Positions 10,239-21,180 are shown, counted from the first letter of the stretch. The stretch: 64,000 bases of DNA from an uncultured Rickettsiales bacterium (GCA_964550685.1 CAZJZY010000004.1:29644-93643), one strand, 5' to 3'. Notes: generated by a model from the sequence alone, not told the origin. Program-made: numbers and translations.

Positions 10239-11915
10239 ATGTCATCTTATCAATATATCTACGTAATCAAAGGACTTAAAAAAATGTATGGTACCAGAGA
10301 AGTAATAAAGGATTTATATTTATCCTTTTTTCCTGGTGCTAAAATTGGAGTTATTGGTCATAATGGCTCTGGTAAATCAACCTTGTTAAAAATTATGGCT
10401 GGTATTGATAAAGATTTTACTGGAGAAGCTTGGGCAGCAGATGGAACAAAAATTGGTTATCTTCCTCAGGAGCCACAATTAGATGAAAGTAAAAATGTTT
10501 TTGAAAATATTTTAGATGCCGTTGCTGAAAAAAGAGATTTGCTCGCAAAGTTTAACCAAGTTAGTGAAAGATTTGCTGAAGAATTAACAGACGATCAAAT
10601 GAATGATTTAATAATCGAGCAAGGGGAGTTGCAAGAAAAAATTGACCATCTAAATGCTTGGGATTTAGAGCGTGAAATTCAAATTGCGATGGATGCCTTG
10701 AGATGTCCAGAGAAAGAAGCAAGTGTAGATAAGCTATCAGGTGGCGAAAAAAGAAGAGTAGCTTTATGTAAACTTCTTTTATCTGCTCCAGATATTTTAT
10801 TACTAGATGAGCCAACTAACCATTTAGATGCTGAATCTATTTCATGGCTAGAAACTTATTTAAAATCTTATGCTGGCACTGTAATCTTAGTAACTCATGA
10901 TCGTTATTTTCTAGATAATGTTGTAGATTGGATTTTAGAATTAGAACGTGGTGATGGAATACCATGGAAGGGAAATTATTCTTCATGGCTTGAACAGAAG
11001 CAGAAACGTTTAGCTGAAGAAGAAAAGTCTGAGTCTAGCAGACAAAAGCAATTGAAAGAAGAATTAGAGTGGGTGAGGCAGTCTCCTAAGGCTCGTCAAA
11101 CAAAGAGTAAAGCTAGAATTACTGCTTATGAGCAATTGCGCGATAAAGAGCGCGATAAGTCTATAGGAGTTGCACAAATTATTATACCAGATGGACCAAG
11201 ACTTGGTAATAATGTAATTGAAGGTGTGGGCCTATCTAAAAGCTATGATGGTGTAGAATTATTTAAAGACTTTAAATTCAAAATAGTTCCTGGGGCTATT
11301 GTTGGGGTGGTGGGGCCAAATGGTGTTGGTAAGACTACCTTATTTAGAATGATTACAGGGCAAGAGCAACCAGATGAAGGAAAAATTACTATAGGTGATT
11401 CTGTTAAGCTTGGATATGTTGATCAATCACGCGATAGTTTGAAAGCAGAAGCTAATGTATGGGAAGAAATTTCTGGTGGACAAGAAGAAATACAATTAGG
11501 TAAAAATACCGTAAAAAGTCGTGCATATTGCGCAGCATTTAACTTTAAAGGTGGCGATCAGCAGAAATTAGTTGGAAGCTTATCTGGGGGAGAGCGTAAT
11601 AGAGTGCATTTGGCAAAAATGCTAAAAGAAGGAGCCAATGTTATCCTTCTTGATGAGCCAACGAATGATCTAGATGTGGATACTTTGCGTGCTTTAGAAG
11701 ATGCGTTGCTTGAATTTTCTGGTTGTGCTATCATCATAAGCCATGATCGTTGGTTCTTAGATAGAATTGCCACTCACATCATAGCTTATGAGAGTGACCA
11801 CGTGGAATTTTATGAAGGAAATTACCAGGATTATGATCAAGATCGAAGAATGAGATTAGGAATTGCTGAGGGCGAAGTGGAGAAATATCGTCATAAGAAA
11901 TTCTCTAGAACTTAG
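10239..11915 (+). CDS. ettA: ABC-F translational throttle protein EttA
   Basis: Two ABC cassettes and no TM segment: GHNGSGKST/LSGGEKRRVAL/LLLDEPTNHLD and GPNGVGKTT/LSGGERNRVHLA/ILLDEPTNDLD. ATG 10239 is preferred over TTG 10233. Confidence 0.9.
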   Translation: MSSYQYIYVIKGLKKMYGTREVIKDLYLSFFPGAKIGVIGHNGSGKSTLLKIMAGIDKDFTGEAWAADGTKIGYLPQEPQLDESKNVFENILDAVAEKRDLLAKFNQVSERFAEELTDDQMNDLIIEQGELQEKIDHLNAWDLEREIQIAMDALRCPEKEASVDKLSGGEKRRVALCKLLLSAPDILLLDEPTNHLDAESISWLETYLKSYAGTVILVTHDRYFLDNVVDWILELERGDGIPWKGNYSSWLEQKQKRLAEEEKSESSRQKQLKEELEWVRQSPKARQTKSKARITAYEQLRDKERDKSIGVAQIIIPDGPRLGNNVIEGVGLSKSYDGVELFKDFKFKIVPGAIVGVVGPNGVGKTTLFRMITGQEQPDEGKITIGDSVKLGYVDQSRDSLKAEANVWEEISGGQEEIQLGKNTVKSRAYCAAFNFKGGDQQKLVGSLSGGERNRVHLAKMLKEGANVILLDEPTNDLDVDTLRALEDALLEFSGCAIIISHDRWFLDRIATHIIAYESDHVEFYEGNYQDYDQDRRMRLGIAEGEVEKYRHKKFSRT

Positions 11916-11925
11916 GAGATAAAGA

Positions 11926-12132
11926 ATGGGTATTAGCTTAGCGAATGTAATTATTATTTTATTTATTGTGCTCATTTTATTTGGCGCAGGTAGGTTACCT
12001 AAAGTTATGGGTGATTTAGGTAAAGGTATAAAAAATTTTAAAAATTCATTAAAAGATGATACCGGTGAAGAAGATCAAGAAAATAAAGCATTATTAAGCG
12101 AAGAGAAAAATAAAGATAATAATAAAAATTAG
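11926..12132 (+). CDS. tatA: twin-arginine translocase subunit TatA/E
   Basis: 68 aa. An N-terminal TM and amphipathic helix ([29 protein letters not shown]) precede an acidic/basic tail. Confidence 0.85.
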   Translation: MGISLANVIIILFIVLILFGAGRLPKVMGDLGKGIKNFKNSLKDDTGEEDQENKALLSEEKNKDNNKN

Positions 12133-12143
12133 GCGGGTATAAT

Positions 12144-12815
12144 ATGACAAGTCAACAAATCCCTGCCTCGCAGTTATTGCAAGAATTAGTAGACAAAAAT
12201 AAATCAGCTAATAATATAAGTTTGGGGGCGATTAATGAGCACTTAAATGAAAGAGGGTTTGCTTTATTGATGATTCTATTCTCTTTCCCTATGGCTATTC
12301 CTTTGCCCTTTCCTCCTGGATTTACTACGGTTCTTGGGTTGCCTTTATTATTTTTTTCTATTCAAATGATTCTGGGAATGGATAAACCATCCCTGCCAGC
12401 TTGGATTGCAAAAAAAACTATTAAAACTAGTCATTTGGCTTTTGCAGTAGAAAAATCAGCAAAATATTTTCTAAAACTAGAAAAATTATTAAGACCAAGG
12501 CTAGCATATTTTAGCTCTATTCATGGCGAAAAATTGATAGGTTTTATATCTATGCTTTGTGCAATCTCAATTACATTGCCTATTATGTTCGGTAATGCAG
12601 TTCCAAGTGCTGGTATTTTTATTATGGCTCTAGGGCTCCTTGGAAAAGACGGTTTGGTTATCATAATAGGAATTATAACTAGTATTATTGGTTTATTTAT
12701 TGCATCATTGGTGGTATATTTAATTTTTTATGGAGCCAAAATGGCTGCGGGTGGTTGGCTCAAGGAGATATACCTGTTTCTGATGAGTAACTTTGGCTCA
12801 TTGGGTGGTGAATGA
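12144..12815 (+). CDS. exoD: ExoD-family exopolysaccharide synthesis membrane protein
   Basis: 223 aa. ERGFALLMILFSFPMAIPLPFPPGFTTVLGLPLLFFSIQMILG matches my recollection of the ExoD family N-terminal block. Confidence 0.7.
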   Translation: MTSQQIPASQLLQELVDKNKSANNISLGAINEHLNERGFALLMILFSFPMAIPLPFPPGFTTVLGLPLLFFSIQMILGMDKPSLPAWIAKKTIKTSHLAFAVEKSAKYFLKLEKLLRPRLAYFSSIHGEKLIGFISMLCAISITLPIMFGNAVPSAGIFIMALGLLGKDGLVIIIGIITSIIGLFIASLVVYLIFYGAKMAAGGWLKEIYLFLMSNFGSLGGE

Positions 12816-12832
12816 TCTAGGATTGGAGATTA

Positions 12833-14296
12833 ATGATAAATAATCTTACTATTATTCAAATACTTTTACCATTAATATCTGGCTTAATTCTATTTATCTT
12901 GCCTAAGAGATTTAGCTGGCTATTTGCTACAGCTTCTCTCCTTTTTACAAGTGTAGTCACTTTTTTATTATTCAAGATTTCTCTAGATGGGGTGGTTTTT
13001 ACCTATCATCTTGGGGGATGGTTGTCGTCGATAGGAATTGAATATAAAATCGATAGATTAAGTAGCTTTTTCATGTTAATTGTTTCCTCTTCTAGTTTAT
13101 TTAATATATTAGCAATGCGTAATTTGGTTAACCATGAGATAAATCAAGAAAAATTACCATTATTCTTTGGAATCTTTTTAATTGCTGTTACTGGATTATT
13201 AGGAATTTGTGTTTCAAATGATATATTTAATATATATGTTATGTTGGAAGTTAATGCTATAGCAAGCTATGCTTTAGTTGCTGCTGGTAAAAAAACTTCG
13301 TCCCCTAAAGCGGCTTTTGATTACCTGATTTTTGGTACAATTGGTTCAACGATGATTTTACTTGGTATAGGTTTTATATATGCTTTGTTTGGATCACTAA
13401 ATTTAACAGATATTGCTCAAGATACGCCAATGTTGCTGAATAATAAGGCTGCTATAGCTGGTATTAGTTTAATAATATTTGGTGTTTTGATGAAGGCAGC
13501 CTTATTTCCTTTAAGCAAGTGGCTGGTGGATGTATATCAGGGGGCGCCATCTTTTGTTAGCGCTATGCTTGCTTCTACTTCAAACAAGGTTGGGATTTAT
13601 TTATTGATTAGATTCTTTTTTGATATTTTTAAAATAAATAATTATCCATTCGAATATCTAAATATTGCATTACTAATGATGGCAGTTTTTGCTATTTTGT
13701 CTTGTTCTATTTTAGCTTATAAACAAACTAATATTAAAAGATTTTTTGCCTATTCTAGCCTTAGTCAAATAGGATTTATAATTTTTGCCTTAGCTATAGC
13801 TAGTAAATTTTCTATCTCTGGATTGCTGATTTATTGTTTTACTCATGCTCTAGAAAAAACTATGTTATTTCTAGCTACAGGTTATCTAATTATTTGTGCG
13901 GGAAATGAGAACATTGATAGTTTTGCAGGCTTAAGGAAAAGTAACCCATGGCTTTGTATATTGATTGTAATCAATTTACTGAGTAATATTGGCGTGCCGA
14001 TGACCGCTGGTTTTGTCGGTAAATGGCAGCTTTTTAGAGCAGCATTAGAAACAGATCTTTGGTATATTTTAATTATTTTATTAGCAAGTTTATTTAGTTT
14101 AGCTTATGCCTTTAAATTTATAGACTTAATGTTATTCCAAAAACAAAAAGATAATACTCTGCAGGTTATTAGAGATAGAACTTGTTTATATGTATTAAGT
14201 ATAATGACTGCTGTGAATATATATATTGGTATTAATAATCAATATTTATTGGATGTGGTTCATTATGTTAGCAAGATAATAATTATAAATCGATAA
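12833..14296 (+). CDS. mnhD: Mrp/Mnh antiporter subunit D-like protein (NuoM/N proton-pumping family)
   Basis: 487 aa, about 14 TM. It has LMKAALFPLSKWLVDVYQGAP and AYSSLSQIGFI blocks. Confidence 0.8.
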   Translation: MINNLTIIQILLPLISGLILFILPKRFSWLFATASLLFTSVVTFLLFKISLDGVVFTYHLGGWLSSIGIEYKIDRLSSFFMLIVSSSSLFNILAMRNLVNHEINQEKLPLFFGIFLIAVTGLLGICVSNDIFNIYVMLEVNAIASYALVAAGKKTSSPKAAFDYLIFGTIGSTMILLGIGFIYALFGSLNLTDIAQDTPMLLNNKAAIAGISLIIFGVLMKAALFPLSKWLVDVYQGAPSFVSAMLASTSNKVGIYLLIRFFFDIFKINNYPFEYLNIALLMMAVFAILSCSILAYKQTNIKRFFAYSSLSQIGFIIFALAIASKFSISGLLIYCFTHALEKTMLFLATGYLIICAGNENIDSFAGLRKSNPWLCILIVINLLSNIGVPMTAGFVGKWQLFRAALETDLWYILIILLASLFSLAYAFKFIDLMLFQKQKDNTLQVIRDRTCLYVLSIMTAVNIYIGINNQYLLDVVHYVSKIIIINR

Positions 14297-15521
14297 CGCA
14301 TGCACCTAGTAAAGATTGTTGGTTTATTTCTGCCACAAATATATCGCAATAGTCATGTGTATGCTTATCCTTAAAGTAGTTAATAAAAGCTTCAACATAA
14401 ATATCCAAGTAATCTAACATGGGCTGAACAACTGCCGTTGTATCTTTAGAAATGCCACCTGCAACAAGCTGAAATATTGAGGGCACTAGCTCCGTAGACA
14501 AACTTTTGCAGTTAGCAGAAGGAATAATTTTATTTTCTAAATCAAAATCCTGACAAGAAAGGAAATATTCAAACCGTCCCAATAAATTTATTTGTTCTTG
14601 TGAGTAATTATATTTATTGATAAGAGTTTTACAGTTTATTTCATTCTTATCAAAAAATTGCTCAATATTATCAACTTCTTCAAAATAATAAGCATAATCT
14701 TCTTCGGGCAGGTTAAATTTTAGGTCGCTGATTGTATTGTTAAATGTGTATCTGTTTTGAACTAAGCGTATAATATCTGGATTGCACATATCGAATTTTT
14801 TAATATCAGGAACTGCCTCTCTAATTATAGCTTCTAATTCTAGTAGATCTTCTATACTCTCCATCCCTTGGTGTGGGGTCACTAGATCAATAATATTTTT
14901 ATAAGTTGATTCTAATGCCTTAAAATATGCATCTTTGAAAAAATTATCTTCAGTATCGTAAAACTCATCACCTTTCAGTAATGTGTATTGTAATGAGTGG
15001 TATGCTTCGTGCACTAAAATGCTCAAAGTGAAATTCGTGTTAAGATATGATGGAGTAGAGTAAGGTTCAAGTTTATCCGAAAATTGAAAAATGTAAGAAT
15101 CTCTTCCAGAAGATTGAGCAATAAAAATTGCTAACACAGAGAATATTTTACGAAAATTACTATTTTCTAAGGCTTGATCAATAAGATCAATAACTTTGGC
15201 AATGTTTTTTTCATCATCTGTTGAAGAAGAGCATTTGATGACATCTCCTATAGTCATTTTGGGAGCATTACAGCCATCGTTCTTAACTTTATACTTATTA
15301 TTCTGAAATTCTGCTAATGAATTTAAAGTACCTTTCAAGTCTTGAATATGATTTGTAACGTATATATTGCTACCATTATTATATAAAACAAGCTGCTCTA
15401 AAGAATTCATAGCTTTCTCAATTTTTCCGTTGCCTAAGATAACTAAGCTTCGTGCACGTAATATTGCCTCTTCCCATTCTTCTTTTTTTATAAATTGTGA
15501 AGATTCTAGATCTTGAGTCAT
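14283..15521 (-). CDS. hypothetical protein with an HExxH motif (candidate zinc metallopeptidase)
   Basis: 412-aa ORF. LVHEAYHSL lies at aa 169-177 (HEAYH is nt 14997-15011). No signal peptide or TM is seen. The 3' end overlaps the convergent mnhD-like gene by 14 nt. Confidence 0.55.
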   Translation of the reverse strand: MTQDLESSQFIKKEEWEEAILRARSLVILGNGKIEKAMNSLEQLVLYNNGSNIYVTNHIQDLKGTLNSLAEFQNNKYKVKNDGCNAPKMTIGDVIKCSSSTDDEKNIAKVIDLIDQALENSNFRKIFSVLAIFIAQSSGRDSYIFQFSDKLEPYSTPSYLNTNFTLSILVHEAYHSLQYTLLKGDEFYDTEDNFFKDAYFKALESTYKNIIDLVTPHQGMESIEDLLELEAIIREAVPDIKKFDMCNPDIIRLVQNRYTFNNTISDLKFNLPEEDYAYYFEEVDNIEQFFDKNEINCKTLINKYNYSQEQINLLGRFEYFLSCQDFDLENKIIPSANCKSLSTELVPSIFQLVAGGISKDTTAVVQPMLDYLDIYVEAFINYFKDKHTHDYCDIFVAEINQQSLLGACVIDL

Positions 15522-15722
15522 AACTTACCTTACAGCTAATTTTATATTAAGAGATTGCCATAATATTTAATTTTTGTAAAGAATTTAATGAGAGTTAACT
15601 AATAAGAATATATGTATCACCAATTTAGGTAAATAAAATTGTACAAAAAAAAATCGATGACTATAATATATAAAAATGAGATAAGGTTATTGTCCTTATT
15701 ATTAAAAATATTATATAGCGTA

Positions 15723-17213
15723 ATGAACCTTGCCCTACTAATTAATTTTAACTTAATTATTCCTTTGATAGCTGCTGGAGCTTCCTTTATTAAGAATCCG
15801 CTGTTAGAGAGAGTAGTGATTATTCTAGCTAGCATATTTTTAGTGATAAATAATGTTTTGCTCCTTTTAGCTCCGGCTCCAGATGAAATAATCTTTGCGT
15901 TAGCAGAAGTTCTTGACGGCTATCAAATTGCTTTAAAATTAGATCCTTTAGCAAACATATTTGTTATAATGGTGAGTAGCTTATATTTACTAACTAACCT
16001 TTATAGTTTTGCTTTTCTAAAAGGACAAGAGAGATCTGATTTAGGTAAAGATTTAAATCCTAGAATTCATTTCTTTTTTACTCCAATAGCGATAATGTCG
16101 ACAATATGCATTGGTTATTCGGCCAACTTACTGACGTTATTTGTTTTTTATGAGATTCTTACTTTATCCACTTACCCATTAGTTATTCAATCTTTTTCTG
16201 AACATGCTAGGAAATCTGGTAGATTTTATGTAGCAACTTTATTTGGTTCATCAAGTTTTTTCTTAATCTTTGCTTTAGTTTTTCTTGATAAAAATTACAG
16301 TTCTAGTGATTTTAATATTGGTGGCATTTTTAATGAACAGCTTTCAGTTAAAGACAGTATAATTTTATTGATTTGTTTTGTTTTTGGTTTTAGCAAAACA
16401 GCAATTTTCCCGCTTTATAAATGGCTACCAAAAGCGATGGTTGCGCCAATTCCAGTTAGTGCTTTATTGCATGCTGTGGCAGTAGTTAAATCAGGTATTT
16501 TTGCTTTAATAAAAGTGTTTGCTTATTTATTTGGTATAGATTATTTAAACGAATTGCATAAAAATATTCCATGGAGTATAGATTGGCTCACTTATCTTGC
16601 TTGTTTTACTATGCTTTATGCGGGGTTCATCGCTTGTAGGCAAAGTAACTTAAAAAAGATTTTGGCTTATTCTACAATTAGTCAATTAAGCTATATGATA
16701 TTATTACTCAGCTTCACCACCTATGCTTCGTTTAATGTGGCATTCTTACAGATGATTTCTCATAGTATTGCTAAAATCACTTTATTTTTTTCAGTGGGTA
16801 TTATTTATATGGCAATGCATAAAATACATGTGGATGAGATGAAGGGAATCGCTAGAATTTTACCACTTCCTGTGGCTTTATTTATTTTAGCATCATTTTC
16901 TATTATTGGTTTTCCTCCAAGCATTGGGTGGATTATAAAGTCCCGTGCTTTAGATGCTATAATATGTGATAGTTTTATGGGGTCTTTTGTAAAGACCTCG
17001 TTATTGATTAGTTCAGCTATGGCTTGTTATTATCTTTTAAGGCCAGCTTATTATATGCTCTCTCCAGCCTTAGAAAAGCAGAATATTTTTTACTATAACA
17101 TTAAATCATTAGCAATAATTACTACCATAACTTTCGCGTTATCAGGTATATTGCTATATTATCTTGAAGACATATCTTTAATAGCTAGAAATATAGGGAC
17201 TGTTGAAAGATAG
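15723..17213 (+). CDS. second Mrp/Mnh D-type (or A-type) antiporter subunit, NuoL/M/N family
   Basis: Blocks SKTAIFPLYKWLPKAMVAPIPVSALLHAVAVVKSG and AYSTISQLSYM are present. The ORF-track start at 15639 adds 28 unlikely residues; the ATG at 15723 (MNLALLINF...) is preferred. Confidence 0.8.
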   Translation: MNLALLINFNLIIPLIAAGASFIKNPLLERVVIILASIFLVINNVLLLLAPAPDEIIFALAEVLDGYQIALKLDPLANIFVIMVSSLYLLTNLYSFAFLKGQERSDLGKDLNPRIHFFFTPIAIMSTICIGYSANLLTLFVFYEILTLSTYPLVIQSFSEHARKSGRFYVATLFGSSSFFLIFALVFLDKNYSSSDFNIGGIFNEQLSVKDSIILLICFVFGFSKTAIFPLYKWLPKAMVAPIPVSALLHAVAVVKSGIFALIKVFAYLFGIDYLNELHKNIPWSIDWLTYLACFTMLYAGFIACRQSNLKKILAYSTISQLSYMILLLSFTTYASFNVAFLQMISHSIAKITLFFSVGIIYMAMHKIHVDEMKGIARILPLPVALFILASFSIIGFPPSIGWIIKSRALDAIICDSFMGSFVKTSLLISSAMACYYLLRPAYYMLSPALEKQNIFYYNIKSLAIITTITFALSGILLYYLEDISLIARNIGTVER

Positions 17214-17258
17214 TTTTTTAGGAAATGTTTTTGTTCAATATCAAGTTTAATATTTGCA

Positions 17259-17281
17259 CGATATTTTTATTAAAAATATCG
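17259..17281. repeat. 23-nt AT-rich palindrome (11-nt arms) downstream of the mnhD-like gene
   Basis: CGATATTTTTA-T-TAAAAATATCG was read directly. It lies 45 nt after the stop at 17213 and just outside the IS relic. Its function is unknown. Confidence 0.4.
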
Positions 17282-17325
17282 CAAATTTTAGCTTTGTATT
17301 GCGTCAGAACGCCTAATTCATAATT

Positions 17326-18280
17326 TTATGCAGCAATTGCTGTTAAACGTTTTAGATTAAAACAGATCGCATTCATAAATTCTGCAAATTGATTCTTTAC
17401 AATTCCTGCATACCGCAGTCGCTTATTGGCTTGCGAAAAAACTCTTTCAAATGGCGATCTAATAAAAGTATAATAGCGATCAAGGTCAAAATTTTTCCCT
17501 TTCATATTATTTTTCTTAATTGCACATAAATGAATGCCTTTGCGAGCTGCAGCTTTTCTAGCAGGTTCAACGCAATAAGCTTTATCAGCATACGTTGCTC
17601 CTCCATTTGGAAGAACATGCGCCATAACTCTAGCATCTGTCAAGTTTGCTCCAGTTACAGCTACTTTATTAATTAAGCCAGATTGCGTATCTACATTCAC
17701 ATGCTTCTTATAACCATACCAGAATTTACTAGCATTTTTTCACCCAATTCTAGCTTGTTTATCATGCGCTACTTTCGGTAAAACCTCGTTATTAAGTTCT
17801 TCATATTTTTGTTTTCTTAGCTCATCGCCCTCTTCCCAAAGATTAGCTTTCGAAATTAAATGACTAGCATCAACAAAAGTAAACACCTAGCTCATATAGC
17901 TTTGCGAGCGTAACTGGTCTCTAAATGAGCTAAAGATTTTAGACAGTAGATTAGTACCTATTTTTGCTCTTAAGTTTACTAAAAACGCTGTAATCAGGTG
18001 TAGCTTCTGTTAAATCAAAGTTACAAAACCACTTGGCTGCAACACTATCACTTAAGTATCTCTGTAGTTCACGATCTGATAAATCTTCCATAAACTGCAA
18101 TAGCAAACATTTAAACAAAAGCAGAATACCATAGCCCTTATAATTGGCGGACGACTCAACACCTGCAAGCTCTTTGGATGCAATCTCAAAATCAAATAAT
18201 TCGTTGAACTTGCAATACTGATGCCTAGGACTGACTAATTGATTTAAGCTTACTATTGTAATTTGATGCGCTGAAGACAT
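17326..18280 (-). mobile_element. IS5/IS1182-type (DDE_Tnp_1 + DUF772) transposase gene, disrupted
   Basis: The N-terminal 109-aa ORF (LLLFKCLLLQFMEDLSDRELQ...PDYSVFSKLK) and C-terminal 124-aa ORF (ATYADKAYC...FERVFSQANKRLRYAGIVKN) are separated. Between them, 17701-17950 still encodes FTFVDASHLISKA and KFWYGYKKHVNVD but carries stops. Terminal inverted repeats were not identified. Confidence 0.75.
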
Positions 18281-18477
18281 TTGAAAAACTCATATTTCTG
18301 AGATTTATTATAACAATACCAGCTCATCTCGCAACAGTCCCTCTTTGTAAAAATTGTCAAGTTGAGGCAATAATTTACTCCAGTTTATTATCTCTGGCCT
18401 TCAAAATAGAGTGAAATTTTAATGGATTTAGAAATTTTATTAATTTATAATAAATTATTATAAATGTTGGAAAATAC

Positions 18478-18963
18478 ATGATTTTAAATTTTAAAAATAT
18501 AAAGCCCTATCTAATCTCTATTATTGTATGCATTATGATTGAGGTATTCGCTGGATTTATTACTCAAGAATCAGTAAACACGTGGTATAATAATATTGTG
18601 AAACCTGAATTTACTCCACCTAAATGGGTATTCGCACCGGTATGGACCATACTATACTTAATGATGGGGTTTGCTTGGGGACATATTAATAATATTAGTA
18701 CAGATTCAAAAGTCCTCAAGAAAGCAAATCTATTATTTATCATCCAGTTATGCTTTAATATTTCGTGGTCTTTTATTTATTTCGGATTCCATAATATTAT
18801 CTTAGCCTTAATAGATATTATTTTATTGTTGGTAACTCTAATTTTAACTATTTACCAATTTTTTCAAATATCAAAATTATCTGGATGGTTACTAATACCA
18901 TATTTATTATGGACCTCATACGCTGCAATCCTCAATGCTACAATATGGCATTTAAATAAATAG
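18478..18963 (+). CDS. tspO: tryptophan-rich sensory protein TspO/MBR family
   Basis: 161 aa, five TM. It has WYNNIVKPEFTPPKWVFAPVWTILYLMMGFAW and a Trp-rich C-terminal part. Confidence 0.85.
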   Translation: MILNFKNIKPYLISIIVCIMIEVFAGFITQESVNTWYNNIVKPEFTPPKWVFAPVWTILYLMMGFAWGHINNISTDSKVLKKANLLFIIQLCFNISWSFIYFGFHNIILALIDIILLLVTLILTIYQFFQISKLSGWLLIPYLLWTSYAAILNATIWHLNK

Positions 18964-19872
18964 GTTGTATTTCGGATAAATATTTTGTAGGGCTGTTTTT
19001 AGATTATTAAACTTAAAAGAATATCCAGCTTTTATAATTTTATCAGGTACTACTTTCTGCCCATTTAACAATAGAGCCTCTCCCATTTCTCCAAATATAA
19101 TTTTTACTATAAAACTAGGCATAGTTAAAAACATAGGTCTATTTAGAACTTGCGCTAAGATTTGACTAAAATCTCTATTTGGTAATGGATTAGGAGAAGT
19201 TGCGTTTACTGGACCTTCAATATTTTTATTTTTAATAATATACATAATTATGTTACATAGATCTTTTATATGTATCCAAGACATCCATGCATTGCCATCA
19301 CCTATTTGACATCCTAAACCTAGCTTGAAAGGTAATAGCATCTCTTTTAATATTCCCCCCTCTTCAGCTAATACGATACCTGTGCGTAAATTCACAACTC
19401 TAATACCTAAATCTATAGCCTCATTTGCAGCTTTTTCCCATTCTTCGCATAAACGATGAATAAAGCTATCATCTGATACTTTAGACTCTTCTGTAAAATT
19501 TATAGTTTTAGAAGATCCATAAAATCCTATTGCGGAACCGCTAATAAGAAGTTCAGGCTTTTTCTCTAATTTTCTTAAATAGTCTATCAGACTTTTTGTT
19601 GTATCTATTCTGCTAGAAAATAGCTTAACTTTTTTATTTTTAGTCCATCTACCTCTATTCAAAGGCTCTCCCGCAAGATTTATAATAACATCAAAATCCT
19701 TATCTAAGTTATTGAAATTATCTATATATTTTATCTGATAAGCTGAGGAATTGTCTACAAGCTTGCTATTTCTTGTGAGTATTGAAATTTCTATATTTTT
19801 ATATTCTGCAATTAAATCTTTGTATAAATTAGAGCCAATTAAGCCAGTCCCGCCTGTTATTAGAATTTTCAT
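18952..19872 (-). CDS. TIGR01777-type NAD-dependent epimerase-like protein (YfcH-like, DUF1731 C-terminus)
   Basis: 306 aa with MKILITGGTGLIGSNL (Rossmann), DVIINLAGEPLNRGRWT and GSAIGFYG. Confidence 0.8.
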   Translation of the reverse strand: MKILITGGTGLIGSNLYKDLIAEYKNIEISILTRNSKLVDNSSAYQIKYIDNFNNLDKDFDVIINLAGEPLNRGRWTKNKKVKLFSSRIDTTKSLIDYLRKLEKKPELLISGSAIGFYGSSKTINFTEESKVSDDSFIHRLCEEWEKAANEAIDLGIRVVNLRTGIVLAEEGGILKEMLLPFKLGLGCQIGDGNAWMSWIHIKDLCNIIMYIIKNKNIEGPVNATSPNPLPNRDFSQILAQVLNRPMFLTMPSFIVKIIFGEMGEALLLNGQKVVPDKIIKAGYSFKFNNLKTALQNIYPKYNLFI

Positions 19873-20297
19873 ATCGCTCCCTTAAGATTAAATACTATAA
19901 TAATTTATAATATTAGCTCTTATTGTGTTCATAGTATATCAATAATAAATTGGAATGAATAGATGGTGAAAATAAAAAACTATCGATTATTAGTTGATAC
20001 AGAAATTTCTTCTAATAAACTAAGAAGAAGTCTAATTATTAGAGATGTCCTACAAGCTATTAGATTAGCATGATCAATATTATTTAACTACTAAAATATT
20101 ATGCTAAACTTCTTAAAAAGGATTAGCTCCATATTGGGGTCGTTAAAAGATGAGCCACTCATGATATAATCATCTCAAAAAAATAAGAGATTTATTATGC
20201 TATCAAAACAAATTACTCTAGTAAAAACCTCTGCATGATAGAAGAATTAGATAAACTAAAGGAACTGTTTATCTTAAGAATAATAGAGATACAAAGT

Positions 20298-20732
20298 ATG
20301 AGAAGTTTTTTGGAACTAGGAGTCAAAGAACATTTAGGTTAAGAGAATCAGTCAGTAAAGTTGAGTAAAATAATAAGCTGGAATAAATTATCAGTTCAAC
20401 TTGGTGATGTTCACAAAGAAGATGGCCTTAGAGGATACGATCCGCTTAAAATGTTAAAAGCAATTTTGCTTGGTTAATGGCATAGTTTAAGTGATTCTGG
20501 TTTAGAACAGAGTTTAAGAGTAAGATTAGATTTTTTACAGTTCACCGGTTTTACTTTACGAGGTCAACTTCCTGATAAAATAACTTTCTATCGCTTTCGT
20601 AACAAGTTAATTAAGCAAAGTAAATTGGATCTTTTGTTAAATGAAATTAATGCGCAATTAGAAGCAGCTGACACAGCAATTGTTGACGCTATTAAGCCTA
20701 ATGCAAGACCTGAATATATCAACAATTGCTAA
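20298..20732 (+). mobile_element. relic of an IS5-like transposase N-terminal (DUF772/InsH-N) region with in-frame stops, truncated
   Basis: One frame reads MRSFLELGVKEHLG*ENQ...GYDPLKMLKAILLG*WHSLSDSGLEQSLRVRLDFLQFTGF...PDKITFYRFRNKL...AIVDAIKPNA. The second TAA sits where the family has Gln. The DDE half is missing. Confidence 0.7.
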
Positions 20733-20756
20733 GAATTTGGACATTCTGAAGTCTAT

Positions 20757-21180
20757 TTGCTTATTATATCTGGAGAGCGAATGGAACTAATATTATTTTA
20801 TATCATTGAAAGAAAACCTAGATGGAGTAAACTAATATACAATCAAAGTAAAGGAAGTAACTCTGTAATTAGTAAAATCAACGCTAAGCTAGAAATATTA
20901 GCTGGGAGGTTTAAATCCATTACTTTTGATATAGGGGAAAGAATTTGCTAAGCACTATGAATTATCTGCTAAGATTTTTTTGTAGTCCTCATTCTCCTTG
21001 GCAAAAAGGAGCTATAGAAAATTTGAATGGCAGGATAAGAGCTTTATTACCAAAAAATTGCTCTGTTAGAGGAGTTTTTATCGAATATATTGAATGGGTA
21101 GAAAATATCATTAATAATGCTCTCTTAAGGTGTTAGGCTATCTTACTCCTCTTGAAGATTTATATGAAAATAATGTGTTG
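20757..21180 (+). mobile_element. relic of an IS30-family transposase C-terminal half, frameshifted into three pieces
   Basis: SITFDIGERIC, then FCSPHSPWQKGAIENLNGRIRALLPK, then LGYLTPLEDLYE are collinear with IS30 catalytic-domain blocks but lie in three frames (ORFs 20757, 20945, 21130). Confidence 0.7.

Noticed and set aside
2026-20732. In-frame TAA codons in three genes (2026-2028 and two in the IS5-like relic) as a sign of stop-codon reassignment or readthrough.
   Set aside because: Many well-supported genes in the window terminate with TAA at the expected family length. The relics also carry truncations and frameshifts. AT-biased nonsense mutation is the simpler explanation.
17326-20732. 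tspO plus the epimerase gene as cargo of a composite transposon bounded by two inverted IS5 copies.
   Set aside because: The two IS5-like relics are clearly different sequences sharing only domain-level similarity. One is truncated, and I could find no matching terminal inverted repeats or target duplications, so a composite transposon is not supported.
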